A stretch of DNA of 63,092 bases, filler included, from Perkinsus chesapeaki ATCC PRA-425 (lineage: Eukaryota; Protista; Perkinsozoa): the NCBI GenBank assembly GCA_013115145.1. It is 8 parts of 8 records of this genome, joined end to end, with 100 filler letters (N's around TTAATTAATTAA, not from the genome) between each part and the next. Parts side by side here need not be neighbours in the genome. Positions count along the whole stretch, not along the records: positions 58,300 to 61,309 come from JAAPAO010001479.1; positions 61,410 to 63,092 come from JAAPAO010001827.1; 6 more parts are not named here. One strand, written 5' to 3'. Shown here one piece after another: positions 61,201-63,092 of this stretch. A model generated the notes under the pieces. It searched no databases. It was not told the origin of the DNA and saw only the letters and a program-made list of their open reading frames with translations. The first letter of the stretch is position 1, and every line of letters starts with the position of its first letter. The translations under genes and the position numbers were made by a program.

Positions 61201-61309
61201 TTAAACTCCGACTTGGCAGCTTCCGAGAGTTTATCATACAAGCTTCTACTGTAATCGAACTGCTTCTTGTGGGTGGTCTCGGAGGTAGTAGCAGAAGGAG
61301 GTACCAGCA
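58300..61309 (-). mobile_element. LTR-retrotransposon pol (RT-RNase H-integrase), open from gap to gap; BEL/Pao-like RT/RH
   Basis: RT: RPCTDARSFN, DLSKAFLRL, FGLKYGP, FYDD, RHLGV. Connector: SRRQVFSIAGSFFDPL...WD. RNase H: FTDAS, HINRKEL, FTDN, NLRADTLSR. Integrase: HQHPLLGGHRG...CHTC, LDFMGP, IDSG, QLDS, GQVER. No stops in about 1000 codons. Confidence 0.93.
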
Positions 61310-61411
61310 NNNNNNNNNNNNNNNNNNNNNNNNNNNNNNNNNNNNNNNNNNNNTTAATTAATTAANNNNNNNNNNNNNNNNNNNNNNNNNNNNNNNNNNN
61401 NNNNNNNNNGA

Positions 61412-63092
61412 TCCTGCATGTACGCCTTATACCTACTACTGAGCTCCTCTGACGAGAAGGGTTTGATCGAGACCATTAGGCGTTCAGCCTCTACTAAGGA
61501 CAAGGTCCAATATATATGTGCTACTACTATGCATGGTATAGCTGATCTCCATTACGCGAGAATGCTTCGCCTGGATGATCCTACCGGCCCCATGTGGAAG
61601 CTTACACTGCATGTACTACTCACTACCCTGCAGTCTGCAGAGCACGACACTGTGAACATCCAGGACTTACGTCTAAAATGGACTTCAGTCTCTCACAAGA
61701 AGGATGAGTATATCGCCGACTTCATCTCCAAGGAAACGGCCCGGTTCGAGGACTATGCCAGAGCTCTTCAAGACCAAGGTATTAGTCCCCCATCTCCCTA
61801 TGAGCGTCTAGTGTCTTTCACCCAAAGGTTACAGCCATACCTCAAGACCCTTCTCGGAAAGCACTTGCGCGCAAAGGGGTCAACTCTCCTGGACATTGAC
61901 TACAACGATGTATGTAAGGCCCTCATCGCCATGGAAAGATCCTACTACATTGTGTACGAGTTCGAGTCTAAGAATCCACCATCTAAGGAACACTGGGCCC
62001 CGGTTCAGGAGGCTCACGTGGTATCAGTTGCTGGAAACCCATACAAGGGAAAACCCAAACATGACTGCCCTCACTGTGGGAAGAAAGCCGTCAGGCACCC
62101 TGCTGAGTTATGCTATGCGAACCCTAAGAATGAGGCCAAATCTAAGAGCACTCTACGGGTCACTAATGAGGTCAAGGATGTCAACAAGGAACTAACTAGG
62201 ACAAGTCTACCCGAGCAGGTCGGTTCCCAGGCGGTGGTACTTCCCCAGTTCATGGTACTACCTTCTAAAAGCCAATCTAAGGAGGACTGTCTTAGACTAC
62301 ACGTCCCAAGTGTGGAGGTGGCTCTGCAGGGGTCGGACAACCGTCCGCTCATCATGGGCATTGACTCTTTCTCTGAGGTGAGCATCATCGACAACGAGGT
62401 TATGCGACTAGCCGAGCGGTCCGGTCTAATACTCGAGACTCGAGAAGCGGGAGAACGCACCTGCAGAGCGGCATGTGGTACACTATTCGCCATAGGCCGC
62501 GAGGTCAATCTTCCGGTGGTCCTACCCACTGACCATGGCCCGATAACCGCGAAGATTTGGTGTTATGTTGTGTCTAACTTCCAGTACCCTCACATCCTTC
62601 TTGGAGCCTCTACCCTGTACAGGATGAAGGCTACTATAGATATGGAAAACTATGAGCTGCAGATTCATGGTCTCGGCGGCGCGAAGGTGAAACTATCTAC
62701 CTCTGCTCCCCAGATTATCCCGGTTGCGGCGGCCCCCAGCCATGAGCTGGAAGACTACCTGACGGCCCTCTCCGACGAGGATCTCTATCAGTGGCATGAA
62801 CAAAGAGCTGTGGATATCGAGGTTCCTAAACTGAGCTTTGATATTAAGGAAGGAATACCGTCCTCTACAAGAAAGTACCCCATACCGGCAAGACTAAGAG
62901 AAGCGACACATAAGGAACTACAACGACTTGCTCGTCAAGGTATCATACAGATTATTAAGGAGACCGATGTCACCGCGGACTGCATTGTCTCGCCAGGCTT
63001 CGCTAAGGACAAAGGACGGGTTGACCCGGAAACGGGCCTCCCTGCGATCAGACTGCTCTGTGACTTTTCTGCCCTGAACGAAGTGGTAATCA
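61412..63092 (+). mobile_element. Ty3/gypsy-type gag-pol ORF (gag, zinc knuckle, protease, start of RT), open at both ends
   Basis: The frame from 61412 has no stop to the window end: CPHCGKKAVRHPAELC (knuckle), MGIDSFSEVSII...ILLGASTL (retropepsin), LQRLARQGII...SPGFAKDK...RLLCDFSALN (RT start). It is absent from the ORF track because it has no stop. Confidence 0.9.

Overview
This is eukaryotic, intron-rich protist DNA. Perkinsus (probably P. marinus) is inferred from the 40-50 nt GT-AG introns, the lineage-type aspartyl protease and secreted proteins, and the N44-TTAATTAATTAA-N44 scaffold spacers; no database check was possible. Two mobile-element-rich flanks (about 1-8 kb and 46-63 kb) surround a host-gene core. 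The core holds an orphan multi-exon gene, proteasome ATPase RPT1, exportin-T (5' part not found), PWP2, two intronless amino-acid permeases, a macrodomain protein, a Thr-rich secreted protein, a membrane cyclic-nucleotide phosphodiesterase, an ankyrin protein with an initiator tRNA-Met antisense in its intron, a p25alpha/TPPP protein, an atypical kinase, an Rdx-like+PDZ protein and GAS8/DRC4. Mobile DNA includes a 1550-bp CAC...GTG DNA transposon (179-bp TIRs, ATAT TSD) of Chapaev/Transib/RAG1 type that clipped the end of the aspartyl protease gene. It also includes decayed LINEs, a TA-TSD MITE, a truncated LTR-gag element, a BEL/Pao-like pol and a Ty3/gypsy gag-pol. The best leads are the voltage-sensor-like (S1-S4) domain fused to the PDE, the RAG1/Transib/Chapaev-type element and the BEL/Pao-like pol in a non-animal. 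All translations and alignments were done by eye, and boundaries of spliced genes are approximate unless stated.
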